Source of the DNA: Spirochaetia bacterium | GTDB taxonomy: Bacteria > Spirochaetota > Spirochaetia > DSM-2461 | Reading direction: 5' to 3' | Assembly: GCA_963666985.2 (NCBI GenBank) | Contig: CAXXIA010000002.1 | Location: forward strand, 640,001-704,000 | DNA length: 64,000 nucleotides | The notes under the pieces: model-generated | Told to the model about the DNA's origin: nothing | Databases searched by the model: none | Seen by the model: only the letters and a program-made list of their open reading frames with translations | Shown here: one piece after another, positions 8,570-19,600 of the stretch | Layout: each line of letters begins with the position of its first letter | How positions within the stretch are numbered: position 1 is the first letter of the stretch | Translations under genes and position numbers: made by a program

Positions 8570-10039
8570 CTACCTTCCTCCCGAAAGAAAGCGCTTGGAG
8601 TTCTTTTCGGAAATCGCCCTCCACCACGAACCGAAGGCGTCTTTGTGGGATTGCAGATAGAAGCGGACATCGGGATCTTTCAAAGAAGTGAGGAAATAGT
8701 CCGATCCGTAGAGAATCTTCCTCTTTAAAGCCGGGCGGCGTTTTTTCATTCGATTCGCCAAGAGCGATAAATCCGCTTCGGCACCGGCATATCCGCTTAA
8801 ATCCACGTAAACGCCGCGCTTTTCGGACGCCTGCCGGAGCGCCCATGCGGCCCATCCCGAATGCTCGGGATTTTCCACCCATCCGGACGCATGAGGCGCG
8901 CCGCCGGCATGGGCGAAGTTGATGACCAAATCCGGCCAGCGCTTCAGGACTTTATCCCAGAGCCGGGGATGATTCAGTCTCATCTGCCGTTCCCTGACGG
9001 CCGCGTTAATGGTTCCGGGGGTCATTTTCACATCGAATCGGCAGATATCGGCGGAAAGAGGACCGCCGAAGAGAGGGTCGTAAACATCACCGCGGATTCG
9101 AATCGACTGAAGAGGCGTGGCGAACCCGCTCGGACTGAAATGGACGGTGATGGGAATCCGGTAGCGGGAGCAGTGGGCATAAAGACCTTTGGAATCGAAC
9201 AGCGCCGGATCGGTGGGGGAATATCCCGAGGAAGTGTAGAGTTTCACACCGGCGAAGGGGCGTCCCGGGCCGACATAATCACCGACGAACTCAACAAGAT
9301 CAACACCGTCCCGATGCCGGCGTCTGGGATCAATCCCCAAAAAAGGGTAAACACGGTCGGGGAAGGCGGCTTTCAGTTCGGTCAGTTCCCTCCGCTGCGT
9401 TTCGAAGCTTTCGTGGGCCAGAAGCCGCCGGGCGCCCCATTCCAGCCCGTCTCCGAAAAGGATGCGCCAAGCCTCTTCCAGCCGGTTCATCAGACGCCGA
9501 TGCGGCCATCGCTCCGAACGGTCGGTTCCTTCCGTATGTGCGGCGGCATCGAAGGGGGCGGAAATCTCCGGTTCGGGACGTGCCGGAAACAGGCTCCCGA
9601 AAATCCCGGAATACGCCGAGAACCCGCGGGCCCATGCGGAGTCGTCTTCCGAAAAGTCGGATGCATTGCCGCCGCGGACCGCTGAAGTCCGATGATGATC
9701 CTGCCGTTCCTTTTGCGGCTCCATGCTTCCGATGCCGTCGCCCTCATCGCCGTTCTCATGATTTACCAGCGCATATTCGATGTCCATCATCAGCGGGACG
9801 AACGACCATCCGGGACCGTAAGCATCGTCCAGACTCAACATGACTTCTTCGGGAGTGTCTTTCAAACCCGTATCGATGATGTCCATCAAGGCATTGGGAT
9901 TCAGTCCCTTTCGGCCGGATTCTTCCCCGCGAATCAATCCTTCCGCGGCAGAGGAAGCGCGAAGCAGCGCCACGAGACGCCCCGCTTTCGCCGAGAGCAG
10001 GGAACGCGTGAAGAAATGAACATGAGAATCGAGGGGCAT
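8570..10039 (-). CDS. Amidohydrolase_2 family metal-dependent hydrolase
   Basis: DSHVH metal motif at the N-terminus, plus GIDPRR, GVKLY, NFAHAGG, VYVDLS and ILYGSDY. Confidence 0.85.
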   Translation of the reverse strand: MPLDSHVHFFTRSLLSAKAGRLVALLRASSAAEGLIRGEESGRKGLNPNALMDIIDTGLKDTPEEVMLSLDDAYGPGWSFVPLMMDIEYALVNHENGDEGDGIGSMEPQKERQDHHRTSAVRGGNASDFSEDDSAWARGFSAYSGIFGSLFPARPEPEISAPFDAAAHTEGTDRSERWPHRRLMNRLEEAWRILFGDGLEWGARRLLAHESFETQRRELTELKAAFPDRVYPFLGIDPRRRHRDGVDLVEFVGDYVGPGRPFAGVKLYTSSGYSPTDPALFDSKGLYAHCSRYRIPITVHFSPSGFATPLQSIRIRGDVYDPLFGGPLSADICRFDVKMTPGTINAAVRERQMRLNHPRLWDKVLKRWPDLVINFAHAGGAPHASGWVENPEHSGWAAWALRQASEKRGVYVDLSGYAGAEADLSLLANRMKKRRPALKRKILYGSDYFLTSLKDPDVRFYLQSHKDAFGSWWRAISEKNSKRFLSGGR

Positions 10040-10315
10040 AACCACACTATATCGAAAGCGTGTGGAAGCTTCCATTCCGGGACGGCGGTACTCGGCCCGG
10101 TGCGCTCTGCGGCGCCCAACGGCTGAATACAATCGAACACGGACGATGCCGTTCCTCAGCCGATACGAATCATCACGGCCGAAATCGATCTGCGCCTTCC
10201 AAGAAAAATAAGTTCGGAATCAATCTTCAGCCGTTCGAGAAAGAACACCGCAAAATAGCCATAACGATCAGATATATACATTATTTTGATCTATAGATCA
10301 TCATTTCGCTTTTTA

Positions 10316-10344
10316 TTGACCTATATCGCAAATCGGAATAGACT
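10316..10344 (+). promoter_or_regulatory. Sigma70-type promoter of the Lrp/AsnC gene (leaderless layout)
   Basis: TTGACC-17 nt-TAGACT, followed 7 nt later by the ATG at 10352 with no SD sequence. Confidence 0.7.
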
Positions 10345-10351
10345 CTTTCTT

Positions 10352-10795
10352 ATGTACTCCGAAGATCCCAACATCCCCTTGTACCGCGCTCTTCGCGACG
10401 GCCGCCGGAAGTTCCGTGAAGTCGCCGAAGAGTTGGGTTTGGCGGAGAATACCGTCCGGGCGCGGTTCCGGAAACTTGAGGAATCCGGCGTGCTGAAGGT
10501 AACGGCGATGGTGAATCCCGACCTTCTGGAAGGGCATCAGTCGGCCCTGATCGGCATGAAGGTAAAATCCGCCGATTTGGTCAGCGCCGGGGAAAAAATC
10601 GCCGCGCTCAAAGGTGTGGTAAGTGTCCGCGTGGTAACCGGACGCTACGATCTTCTGGTGGAAGTGCTTCTGAAAGACGGTTTCGGTCTTCTGGAGTTCT
10701 TCACCAAGGAAGTGGCCAAAGTGAACGACGTACAGGATTTTGAAACCTTCGTGGTTTACAAAGCTCTCGGGTATCGCGTGCCTTATGTCCTTTGA
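10352..10795 (+). CDS. Lrp/AsnC-family transcriptional regulator
   Basis: HTH LRDGRRKFREVAEELGLAENTVRARFRKLEESG. C-terminal RAM-like domain (VVTGRYDL). Confidence 0.92.
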   Translation: MYSEDPNIPLYRALRDGRRKFREVAEELGLAENTVRARFRKLEESGVLKVTAMVNPDLLEGHQSALIGMKVKSADLVSAGEKIAALKGVVSVRVVTGRYDLLVEVLLKDGFGLLEFFTKEVAKVNDVQDFETFVVYKALGYRVPYVL

Positions 10796-11011
10796 TAATC
10801 GGCCGCGGGATATCGTTGATGAAAAGACGTTAAGTGTTGCCGCTATTACCTTAAAGACGGCGGAATCGCTTAAAAATTCCGGCCCGTCCGGCGGCGAGAG
10901 TTTCCGCGGCCGTGCGGCGTCCGGCGGCCTTAAAAGGCGGAATCGTTCGGGAATGATCCGCCGACCCGATACACGCACCGGCCCGCGAAGAATCGGCGCC
11001 GAGGAGGTTCC

Positions 11012-12157
11012 ATGGAATCCAATAAAACGACAGCATTGAAAAGAACTCCGCTTTATCCCATCTATTCGAATCTTCCCGGCGTAAAGCTCGTGGACTTCGG
11101 CGGCTGGGAAATGCCCCTGCAGTTTTCGGAAGGCATCCTTGCCGAGCATAAGGCCGTCCGGGAGGGCGTCGGACTCTTCGACGTTTCCCACATGGGTGAG
11201 ATTTCGGTAACCGGACCCGAGGCGGAATCCTTTCTGGATGACCTTCTTCCGAACACCATCGCCGGAGCCGAGGCGGGAAGGTGCATCTACACCCCCATGT
11301 GCCGGGAAGACGGCGGAACCGTGGACGATCTCTTGGTCTACGTTCTGGAAGACGGCCGGTACCTGCTGGTGGTGAATGCCGCCAACACCGACAAGGACTT
11401 TCAGTGGATTAAAAAGAAACTCGCCGAATCCGGAAAAAGCGCCTTCGCCGAAAATGTCTCGAACGCCTGGGTTCAGCTGGCCCTGCAGGGTCCGGAAGCG
11501 AAAAATCTGCTCACCCCTCTCGCGCCCAGCGTGGATTTGTTCGCTCTTGAGTATTACCGCCATGCGGGGATGACCCACGCGGCGGTTGTTCCGGTTCTTC
11601 TTTCCCGGACCGGTTACACCGGCGAGGACGGTTTCGAACTCTACTGCTCCCCGGCCGATGCGCCGAGGCTGTGGAAGGCCCTGACAAAAGCGGGAGCCGT
11701 TCCCTGCGGCCTCGGCGCACGGGACATTCTCCGGCTCGAAGCCGCCCTGCCGCTTTACGGACACGAACTCGCCGACGACATCAGCCCCATCGAAGCGGGC
11801 CTCGGGATGTTCGTGAAGCCGGAAAAGGAATCTTTTATCGGCCGCGGCGTTTTGGCGGCCCAGAAGGAAAACGGCGCGCCCCGAAGGCTTTACGGACTGG
11901 AAATGACGGACGCGGGAGTACCGAGGGCGGGTTATGCGGTCTTCGCCGCGGCGGGCGGCCACGACGGACCGGAAGACCGCATAGGCACGGTTACCAGCGG
12001 CGGGAAATCGCCCGTCCGCGATGCGTTCATCGCCTTGGCGCTGCTGGAAAAAGGATCGGTAAAAATCGGCGACACGGTGGAAGTGGAAATCCACGGCAAA
12101 CGAAAGAAGGCGCGGGTGGTGAAAAAACCCTTTTACCGGCGGGAATCGGCCGCGTGA
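11012..12157 (+). CDS. gcvT: Glycine cleavage aminomethyltransferase T
   Basis: LKRTPL, DFGGWEMP, FDVSHMG, SRTGYTGEDGFE and GLGARDILRLEA. GGAGG RBS. Confidence 0.97.
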   Translation: MESNKTTALKRTPLYPIYSNLPGVKLVDFGGWEMPLQFSEGILAEHKAVREGVGLFDVSHMGEISVTGPEAESFLDDLLPNTIAGAEAGRCIYTPMCREDGGTVDDLLVYVLEDGRYLLVVNAANTDKDFQWIKKKLAESGKSAFAENVSNAWVQLALQGPEAKNLLTPLAPSVDLFALEYYRHAGMTHAAVVPVLLSRTGYTGEDGFELYCSPADAPRLWKALTKAGAVPCGLGARDILRLEAALPLYGHELADDISPIEAGLGMFVKPEKESFIGRGVLAAQKENGAPRRLYGLEMTDAGVPRAGYAVFAAAGGHDGPEDRIGTVTSGGKSPVRDAFIALALLEKGSVKIGDTVEVEIHGKRKKARVVKKPFYRRESAA

Positions 12158-12404
12158 TGAAAAAAAGCGCGATATCGGCCCGAGGATTTTCATCAAAGGC
12201 GGGAACCGGCCGCATGAGAACTCTCCCGAAATCCTCCGACGACCTCGGCGGAAGCACCGCGCTCCCGTCCGCCCCAACACGGCCCTATCATGCGGGCGCA
12301 CGGCCCGCACCGCCGCGGGGTCACTTGCAAAATGGGGCCTCACCATCGGAGTGCCGAATCATTACAATGAAATCACATAAAACCGAAGAACCAAGGAGCT
12401 GACT

Positions 12405-12788
12405 ATGAATCTTCCCGAAAATCTTAAGTACACAAAGTCGCATGAGTGGATCCGCGTCGAGGGCGATACGGCCGTCATCGGCATTACCGACTACGCCCAG
12501 GAATCTCTCGGCGACATCGTCTACGTTGAAATCCCCGAGGCGGGCACGGAACTGACCAAGGGCGACGAAGCGGTGAACATCGAATCGGTGAAAGTGGCCG
12601 AGGCCGTCTACGCCCCTGTGACCGGAACCGTTAAGGACGTGAACGGCGATTTGGAAGACAGCCCGGAACTGATCAACAAGGACGCCTACGCAGCCTTCAT
12701 TTACAGCATCGCCATGAGCGATCCATCGGAACTCGGCGATCTGATGGATGCCGCGGCGTATAAGGCTTTCGTCGACGCCCAGGATTAA
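12405..12788 (+). CDS. gcvH: Glycine cleavage H protein
   Basis: YTKSHEW, GITDYAQESLGD and the lipoyl-lysine motif IESVK. Confidence 0.97.
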   Translation: MNLPENLKYTKSHEWIRVEGDTAVIGITDYAQESLGDIVYVEIPEAGTELTKGDEAVNIESVKVAEAVYAPVTGTVKDVNGDLEDSPELINKDAYAAFIYSIAMSDPSELGDLMDAAAYKAFVDAQD

Positions 12789-12844
12789 TTTTTCACGACA
12801 ATCGGCGTGCTTGTTGCGCGCCGATTTAAGGAGCGAGAACGCTT

Positions 12845-14206
12845 GTGATTCCCTACCTGCCCCATTCCGAAGCCGACATCTCGGCCATGCTGGAACGCAT
12901 CGGCGTTTCTGACATCGACGATCTTTTCGCGGACATCCCCGCCTCCGTCCGGCTCTCCGGTCCTCTGAACCTGCCGGAATCCATGGCCGAAGCGGATGTG
13001 TTCCGGATTTTGGATGATCTCTCGCGCCGAAACGCGGCAAAGCTTCTGTTTCTCGGAGCCGGTCAGTACGACCACGTGATTCCCTCGGTGGTGAATCATC
13101 TCACCGGACGCTCCGAATTCGTCACGGCCTACACGCCCTACCAGCCTGAAATCTCCCAGGGAATCCTTCAGGCCCTTTTTGAGTTTCAATCCTCCATCGC
13201 GGCGATAACCGGTCTGCCGGTTTCCAACGCCTCGCTCTATGACGGATTCACGGCCGCCGCCGAAGCCTGCGCCATGGTCCTGAACGCCCGGCGGAAGTCC
13301 CGTATCGTGCTTATAGCCGGTACGATTCATCCCTTCACGAAAAGCGTTTTACAAACATATTTCGGCGACCTCGATGTCGAGATTCTGGAAATCTCCGAGC
13401 GGCCCGAATCACGCGGCCGTATTGAAAAAGCGGTGCTGGCCGAGGCCGTGGAAACCGCCGGTGAGGAATTGGCGGGCGTTCTCGTTCAAACGCCGAACAT
13501 TTACGGTGCTCTGGAAGACTTAAGCGGCTGGGCCGAGATGATTCACGCCGCCGGAGCCCGGCTCATCGTTTCCGCCAATCCCCTCTCGCTGGGAGCCTTG
13601 GCCTCTCCGGCCGAGTGGGGCGCCGATATCGCCGTGGGCGATACCCAGCCTCTGGGACTGCCGCCCTGTTTCGGCGGCCCGTCGGCGGGCTACATTGCCT
13701 GCACCGAAGAGCTGATGCGCCGCATGCCGGGCCGCATCGTCGGCGAAACCCTCGATTCCGAGGGCCGGCGGGCCTTCGTGCTGACCCTTCAGGCGCGGGA
13801 ACAGCACATTAAGCGCGAAAGGGCCACGAGCAACATCTGCTCGAACCAGTCCCTGGCAGCTCTGGCGAATACGATTTACCTGGCCGCCGTCGGGCCGAAG
13901 GGCTTTGCCGAAGTGTCGCGGCGGAATATAGAAGCGGCGGGAGCTTTACGTGAAAAACTCGTCGGCGGTTTGGGACTTGAAGACTATACAGCCGGAGCCG
14001 TCTTCAACGAGTTTACCTTAAGGATTCCGGTACCCCGCGAAGTTTGGGAAGCGCCGTTCGAGGCGGCCGGAATCGCCTCGGGGGTTTGGCTTGCCGATCT
14101 CGATTCCTCTCTGCCGCCGGATCTGTTAACGATTGCCGTTACCGAGAAACGCACCGCTTCGGAATTGGAACGCTACACCGCGTGCGCCCGGGAGGCCTTG
14201 AAATGA
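12845..14206 (+). CDS. gcvPA: Glycine dehydrogenase subunit 1
   Basis: FVTAYTPYQPEISQG, NASLYDG and LQAREQHIKRERATSNICSN. GTG start. Confidence 0.96.
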   Translation: MIPYLPHSEADISAMLERIGVSDIDDLFADIPASVRLSGPLNLPESMAEADVFRILDDLSRRNAAKLLFLGAGQYDHVIPSVVNHLTGRSEFVTAYTPYQPEISQGILQALFEFQSSIAAITGLPVSNASLYDGFTAAAEACAMVLNARRKSRIVLIAGTIHPFTKSVLQTYFGDLDVEILEISERPESRGRIEKAVLAEAVETAGEELAGVLVQTPNIYGALEDLSGWAEMIHAAGARLIVSANPLSLGALASPAEWGADIAVGDTQPLGLPPCFGGPSAGYIACTEELMRRMPGRIVGETLDSEGRRAFVLTLQAREQHIKRERATSNICSNQSLAALANTIYLAAVGPKGFAEVSRRNIEAAGALREKLVGGLGLEDYTAGAVFNEFTLRIPVPREVWEAPFEAAGIASGVWLADLDSSLPPDLLTIAVTEKRTASELERYTACAREALK

Positions 14207-15750
14207 AGACACATGTGAATCAAGACGCGAATCAAAAGGCCGCCGCCGGATTCTCCGGTTCATCCGAAATCCTCCCGGCGGCCGAAAGCCGGACATCATT
14301 CGAAGCCTCCCGTGCCGGAGCGCCCGGCTACCGCTTCCCCGACGCCGATCGGCCGCGCCCCGTATCGCCCCCGGCCATACCGGCCGCGCTGATACGCCGT
14401 GATCCGGCGGCTCTCCCGGAACTCGGAGAAGTGGAAATCGTTCGGCATTACACCGCCCTTTCCCGAAAGAATTACGGCGTTGATTTGGGCTTCTACCCCT
14501 TGGGGTCGTGCACCATGAAGTACAATCCCAAGCTCAACGAAGACGCCGCGGCCCTGCCCGGATTCAACCTTCTTCATCCTCTCCAGTCCGATACGGACGC
14601 CGAAGGCACCCTGGAACTCTCCGGCCGGCTTATGGAAGGACTCTGCGCCGTTACGGGCATGGCGTGGGGAACGCTGCAGCCCATGGCCGGAGCCCACGGG
14701 GAATTCGTCGGCATGAAAATTTTCCGGGCCGCCTTCCGCGCCCGGGGAGAAGAAAAGCGCCGGCGTCTTCTGGTGCCGGACAGCTCCCACGGCACCAATC
14801 CGGCCAGCGCCCACCTGGCGGGCTTCGAGGTGATTACCCTCCCCTCCGGTCCCGACGGACTTTTAACCCCCGAATCGCTGAATCCCTACCTCGACGACGA
14901 ACTGGCGGGGATTATGCTCACCAATCCCAACACGCTCGGCCTCTTCGAGAACCGCATTCTCGAAATCGCGGAAAAAATCCACGGCGCCGGGGGCCTGCTT
15001 TACTACGACGGAGCCAACCTCAACGCCGTTATGGGCCGCGCCCGTCCCGGCGACATGGGCTTCGACGTGATGCACATGAACCTGCATAAAACCTTCGCCA
15101 CCCCCCACGGCGGCGGCGGTCCGGGCGCCGGACCGGTCCTGGTTGGCGAATCCCTCATTCCCTATCTGCCGTTTCCGGTTATTGCACGGAAAGAGGGTGC
15201 CTGGATTCGGGATTGGAACAGGCCCGAAAGCATCGGAAAGGCATCCGGTTGGTACGGGAACACCGGTGTGCTCATCCGGGCCTTCGCCTACCTGCTGTCC
15301 ATGGGCTCGGACGGTCTGAAACGGGCGACTGACCTTGCGGTGCTCAACGCGAATTATCTGCTCTCTCTCCTGAAAGGCGACTACGACGCGCCGTTCGGCG
15401 GTCCCTGCAAACACGAATTCGTCCTTTCGGCCAAAAGTCTGAAAGATGCCACGGGCATAACGGCCATGGACATCGCCAAAGGACTCATCGAGCACGGAAT
15501 TCATCCGCCGACGGTGTACTTCCCTCTTATCGTTCAAGAATGTCTGATGATCGAGCCGACCGAAACCGAAACACGGGAATCCCTGGATCGATTCGTTTCG
15601 GTGATGAAGAAACTGCGGAATCTGGCCGAATCAAACCCCGAGGAACTGCACGCCATGCCGCGGGAATGCGCCGTCGGCCGCGTCGACGAGGTTAAGGCGG
15701 CCCGCAATCCGGTCTTAAGTCATATGATGAAAATGAAACGGCCGGAGTAG
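14203..15750 (+). CDS. gcvPB: Glycine dehydrogenase subunit 2
   Basis: YPLGSCTMKYNP, YYDGANLNA and the PLP lysine motif NLHKTF...PHGGGGPG. ATGA overlap with gcvPA. Confidence 0.96.
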   Translation: MKTHVNQDANQKAAAGFSGSSEILPAAESRTSFEASRAGAPGYRFPDADRPRPVSPPAIPAALIRRDPAALPELGEVEIVRHYTALSRKNYGVDLGFYPLGSCTMKYNPKLNEDAAALPGFNLLHPLQSDTDAEGTLELSGRLMEGLCAVTGMAWGTLQPMAGAHGEFVGMKIFRAAFRARGEEKRRRLLVPDSSHGTNPASAHLAGFEVITLPSGPDGLLTPESLNPYLDDELAGIMLTNPNTLGLFENRILEIAEKIHGAGGLLYYDGANLNAVMGRARPGDMGFDVMHMNLHKTFATPHGGGGPGAGPVLVGESLIPYLPFPVIARKEGAWIRDWNRPESIGKASGWYGNTGVLIRAFAYLLSMGSDGLKRATDLAVLNANYLLSLLKGDYDAPFGGPCKHEFVLSAKSLKDATGITAMDIAKGLIEHGIHPPTVYFPLIVQECLMIEPTETETRESLDRFVSVMKKLRNLAESNPEELHAMPRECAVGRVDEVKAARNPVLSHMMKMKRPE

Positions 15751-15776
15751 AGCCGACGGAGGGCTGGAGTGGAATG

Positions 15777-16358
15777 TTATTCGAAAAACGTTTCCCACTC
15801 TTCCGGAAAATTGAAGTGGGCTTTTTCAAAAAGCGGTGTTTTCGCGTAGGGCCTGTTCCAGGAATACCGGGAGTAGAAGAGCGGAAGCCGATGAACGATA
15901 TCACCCCGGTCGTAGAGGGCAAGAATCGTTGAATTAGTTTGCATAACATCTTTCCACAGCCAGCGGATCGCGGCCGCGTTCCCGATCTTCGGAGCGTTAA
16001 TGAGATAGGTCTGCCGTTGAATGCCGTTCGACGGCAAGGGAAACAGCAGGATCGCCGCGACGGCCCCTCCCATCGAATGCCCCATAATCCGAATCTCATC
16101 GATGTTATGTCCGGTCATTTCGCCTATTAAATGAGCCGCAAGATTCTGAGCCATGCGATACCAAACCGGGTGAAACTTAACGGGCGAATCGGGCCAAGGC
16201 CGCACCTTCGGCCATGTTGCGAAATCGCCGATATAATCGGTCCAGTGATTGGCGCTTTCAATTCTCACGCGAAGGACCTTGTCTTTGAGAAGGTACTTCG
16301 CTTCGATTCCCCTCTTGTTATCCGAGTATCCGTACTTCTCAATCGTTCCGATGGTCAT
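15777..16358 (-). CDS. Lipase class 3 family protein (compact)
   Basis: GHSMGGAVA nucleophile motif, APKIGN and GDIVHRLP, with a C-terminal His. Confidence 0.75.
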   Translation of the reverse strand: MTIGTIEKYGYSDNKRGIEAKYLLKDKVLRVRIESANHWTDYIGDFATWPKVRPWPDSPVKFHPVWYRMAQNLAAHLIGEMTGHNIDEIRIMGHSMGGAVAAILLFPLPSNGIQRQTYLINAPKIGNAAAIRWLWKDVMQTNSTILALYDRGDIVHRLPLFYSRYSWNRPYAKTPLFEKAHFNFPEEWETFFE

Positions 16359-16602
16359 TCCGTGCTCTCTGAATGAAATGTCTGAATCGAGCTGCCCACT
16401 GTTCTACCGCCGCTTCTTCGAATACCGAGTTTTCATGGATTGATGAATAATCGGATGTATTTAATTCAAATGTTTGTTTCTTATTAGGTCAATAAAACCA
16501 AAGTGTTACGCATAAAAAATATCAATTGATAGCTATTTAAATGTTTTTATATAATTAAATGGCATGAAGAATGTTCTTGCCATTTTGTTTAAAGGATAGA
16601 AG

Positions 16603-19600
16603 ATGACACGTTTTTTTGTTCTTTTCTTCTTAATCCTCCCGCTCTCCCTGAACGCGCAACAAGCACTAAAAATCAATACGGTTGATGAACGGATAAACGT
16701 GACATCCCATCTTCAATATTTCATCGATGAGAGTAAGACCGCTACACCGTCCGAAATAATTTCCGGAACGTACGACAAGGATTTCCGGAGGGTACATGAG
16801 GAAAGCATCAATCTCGGATACATCCGTAAGCCGGTCTGGTTCCGTCTTGATGTTGATGCCTCGGATATGTCCAAGGATTTGATTCTGGCGGTAAATGAAC
16901 GATGCCAATACGCTGATTTTTACATTTCAGATTCATCCAATAAAATCCTGAAACATATTTCAAGTGGAATTTATAGGCCAATATCACAGCGGGAGATTAC
17001 CGCGAGAACACTTGCCTTCCATCTTCCGGAAGCAAGTTCGGATAAAATCCGCATCTTTCTCTGTATCCGTTCGAATATTTCACTGGGACTCTCCGTTAAT
17101 ATCTGGAGCGCAGAGCCGTTTTTCAGAACCGAGAGAAGACAGAATATTGCTATCGCCTTATTCTGCGGTTTCCTTGCGGCGTTAATATTCTACCAGGCTC
17201 TTCTGGGACTCTTTCTCCGCTCTTGGGATTTCGTCCTTTTCAGTATGCTTTTATTCGTCTTTTTATTAATCTGCACCACATCCCTTGTTATTATATCAAT
17301 GCTGTTCTCCGGACCTTGGCAGATTCAGACCTTCCGGTTTCAGTTGCTGTTATTTTCAAGCTTTGCCGTTGTTTTCAGGATCTTCTCCCGGGGATTTATC
17401 ACCGTTACGCATCGATATCTAAAACACGTGCCGCTGCTTTTAGGTCTTTTCTATACCGTTATAGTAATTATCGGTATCGTCTCTCCGGCACCTGGTTTCC
17501 TCTTTGCCTTTCTTATGCCCCTCATCAGTCTCGATTTTTTTCATATTGCCGTGCTCGCAGCCCTTTCGTCATTTCAAAAAAGAAGAGACAGCCTTCTCTT
17601 CTCCATCTCCTTCATACCGACCTTTGCACTCTTCCTTATACGCTCTCTTGATAATTCAGGATTAATTTCCGAAAACATTCTTACTCGCTATGGGATATTC
17701 CTTTCGGTCCCGATTACCGTTCTTCTTTTCTCCTCCGCCCTTGCCTTTCGTTTTCATTCGGTACAGCGGGAAGCGGCTCATTACAAGGAACTGTCCATCC
17801 GGCGTTTGGAATCCCTAAACAGAAATAAAGACAATTTCCTGTCGTCGACGGCCCATGAACTTCGCACGCCGCTTCATGGGATAATCGGCCTGACTTCGGC
17901 CGTACTACAGGAGGATGGTTCCGTTTTATCTTCTCGAAGCGTGGATAACCTTGAATCCGTTTCCATGAGTGCATGGAGGCTGTCATCGCTCGTCAACGAC
18001 ATTCTCGATTCCGACAAAATCAGATCGGGAAATTTCCAAATCGGCAAACAAACTCTTGATTTTCGTCCGATAGCCAAGCGGGTCGTGTCCGGGATGGCAC
18101 CGCTGTTCCGCGGTAAAAAACTTTCATTGGAGCTGAGAATTCCGGAAGTTCTCCCTTCCGTCTCCGGTGATGAAAACCGGATTCAGCAGATTCTCTACAA
18201 CCTTCTGGGGAACGCCCTGAGATTCACCCTTGAAGGAACGGTCCTTCTGTCGGCGGAACCGTCCGCCGACATGCTGATTGTTACCATTGAAGACTCAGGG
18301 ATTGGAATACCGGAAGAACAAGCCGAGATCATATTTGAACGCTATGAGCAGGGTGGTGAAAAAATTTCCCGCCGATTCGGCGGCACGGGTTTGGGACTTT
18401 CCTTAACGAAGCATCTCGTCGAGCTGCATAACGGACGGATATGGTTCGAATCGCAAGAGGGAAAGGGCTCCCGCTTCATGTTTTCCCTTCCTCTTGCGGC
18501 CGGCAGCGGCCAAAATGTCCATGAGAAGACATCTCCTTCGCTTCCATATTCCGTTATTGATGAGGCGACCGCCTTTTCCGGAATCGAACAGCCGTTAATC
18601 GAGGAATTCGACACACGGCCCGTCGTCGTCGCCGTCGATGATGATCCGATCAATCTTAAAGTAATAGAAAGCTATCTCCCGAGCGATCGGTATTATCTGA
18701 TCTTATTATCGTCGGGAAAGGAACTCGTTGAATTGATCAAGAACACCGCGCGATTGGACCTGGTGCTGCTTGATTTGTATTTGCCGGACATAATGGGCAC
18801 CGTTCTTTGCGCGGACATCAGAGAGCGCTACAGCGCGCTTCAACTCCCCATCCTGATGCTCACGGCCAGCCGCAGCTTGGATGATATTATTCAATCGTTC
18901 GCCCACGGAACGAATGACTATATTGCAAAGCCCGTTTCCAAAGAGGAACTACTTGCGCGGGTTGATACACAGATTGCTCTGAAAAAAGCTGTCGAGCATA
19001 AAGATCTTACGAACAGGATGCTGAACGAAATCGACAGTCTGGTCAGTTTCGGTTTTCTGGCATCCGCCTTTTTGCTCAGTGATGAAGAAGCCGACAGTGA
19101 AAATGAATTACTCCTCGATGAAATGTACAAGTACTTCCTTCCGATAATGACCAAATACATCGATAACACGGAATTGGCGGCAGAAGGTATTGATGTACAC
19201 AGTAGGAATCTGAGTCATCGGAGGATTTTTACCCGTTTGAAGGAATCGGGGTTCGAAAAAATCGAAGCGATGTTTCAGGAAATTCGAACAACCGTAAAGA
19301 CTCGGGAGAAAACAATCGGCGATATTGAACGGATAAGCTCGGAAATCTACAATCTTGTTGCCGAACTACTCTATTCAGGCAAGGAAAAGAACTCCCATCT
19401 GAACATAAACACCGATTTACTGATTCAAAAATACCGCTTTACAGCCCGGGAAATCGAAATTATTCAAATGGTTATCCAGGGAGCGACGAATCAGGAAATC
19501 GTGGAGGAAATGGGAATTACGCTGAATACGGTGAAGCACCATCTCTATAACATCTATAATAAAACAGGTGTCGATAACCGTTCTCATATGGTGTATACCG

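Noticed and set aside
10796..11011. Glycine riboswitch upstream of gcvT
   Set aside because: GC-rich hairpins are present, but the GGAGA / CCGAAG / CTCTCAGG aptamer elements are not found in order.
10313..12346. 677-aa minus-strand ORF (also 323-1699, 14863-15537, 43680-44498, 60127-61074, 61662-62582)
   Set aside because: Antisense shadows of well-supported genes in GC-rich DNA, with no motifs or start signals.
16564..16599. In-frame 11-codon uORF ending in TAG just before the hybrid kinase
   Set aside because: The kinase has its own AAGGA SD and signal peptide. There is no evidence for read-through, and such a short ORF is expected by chance.
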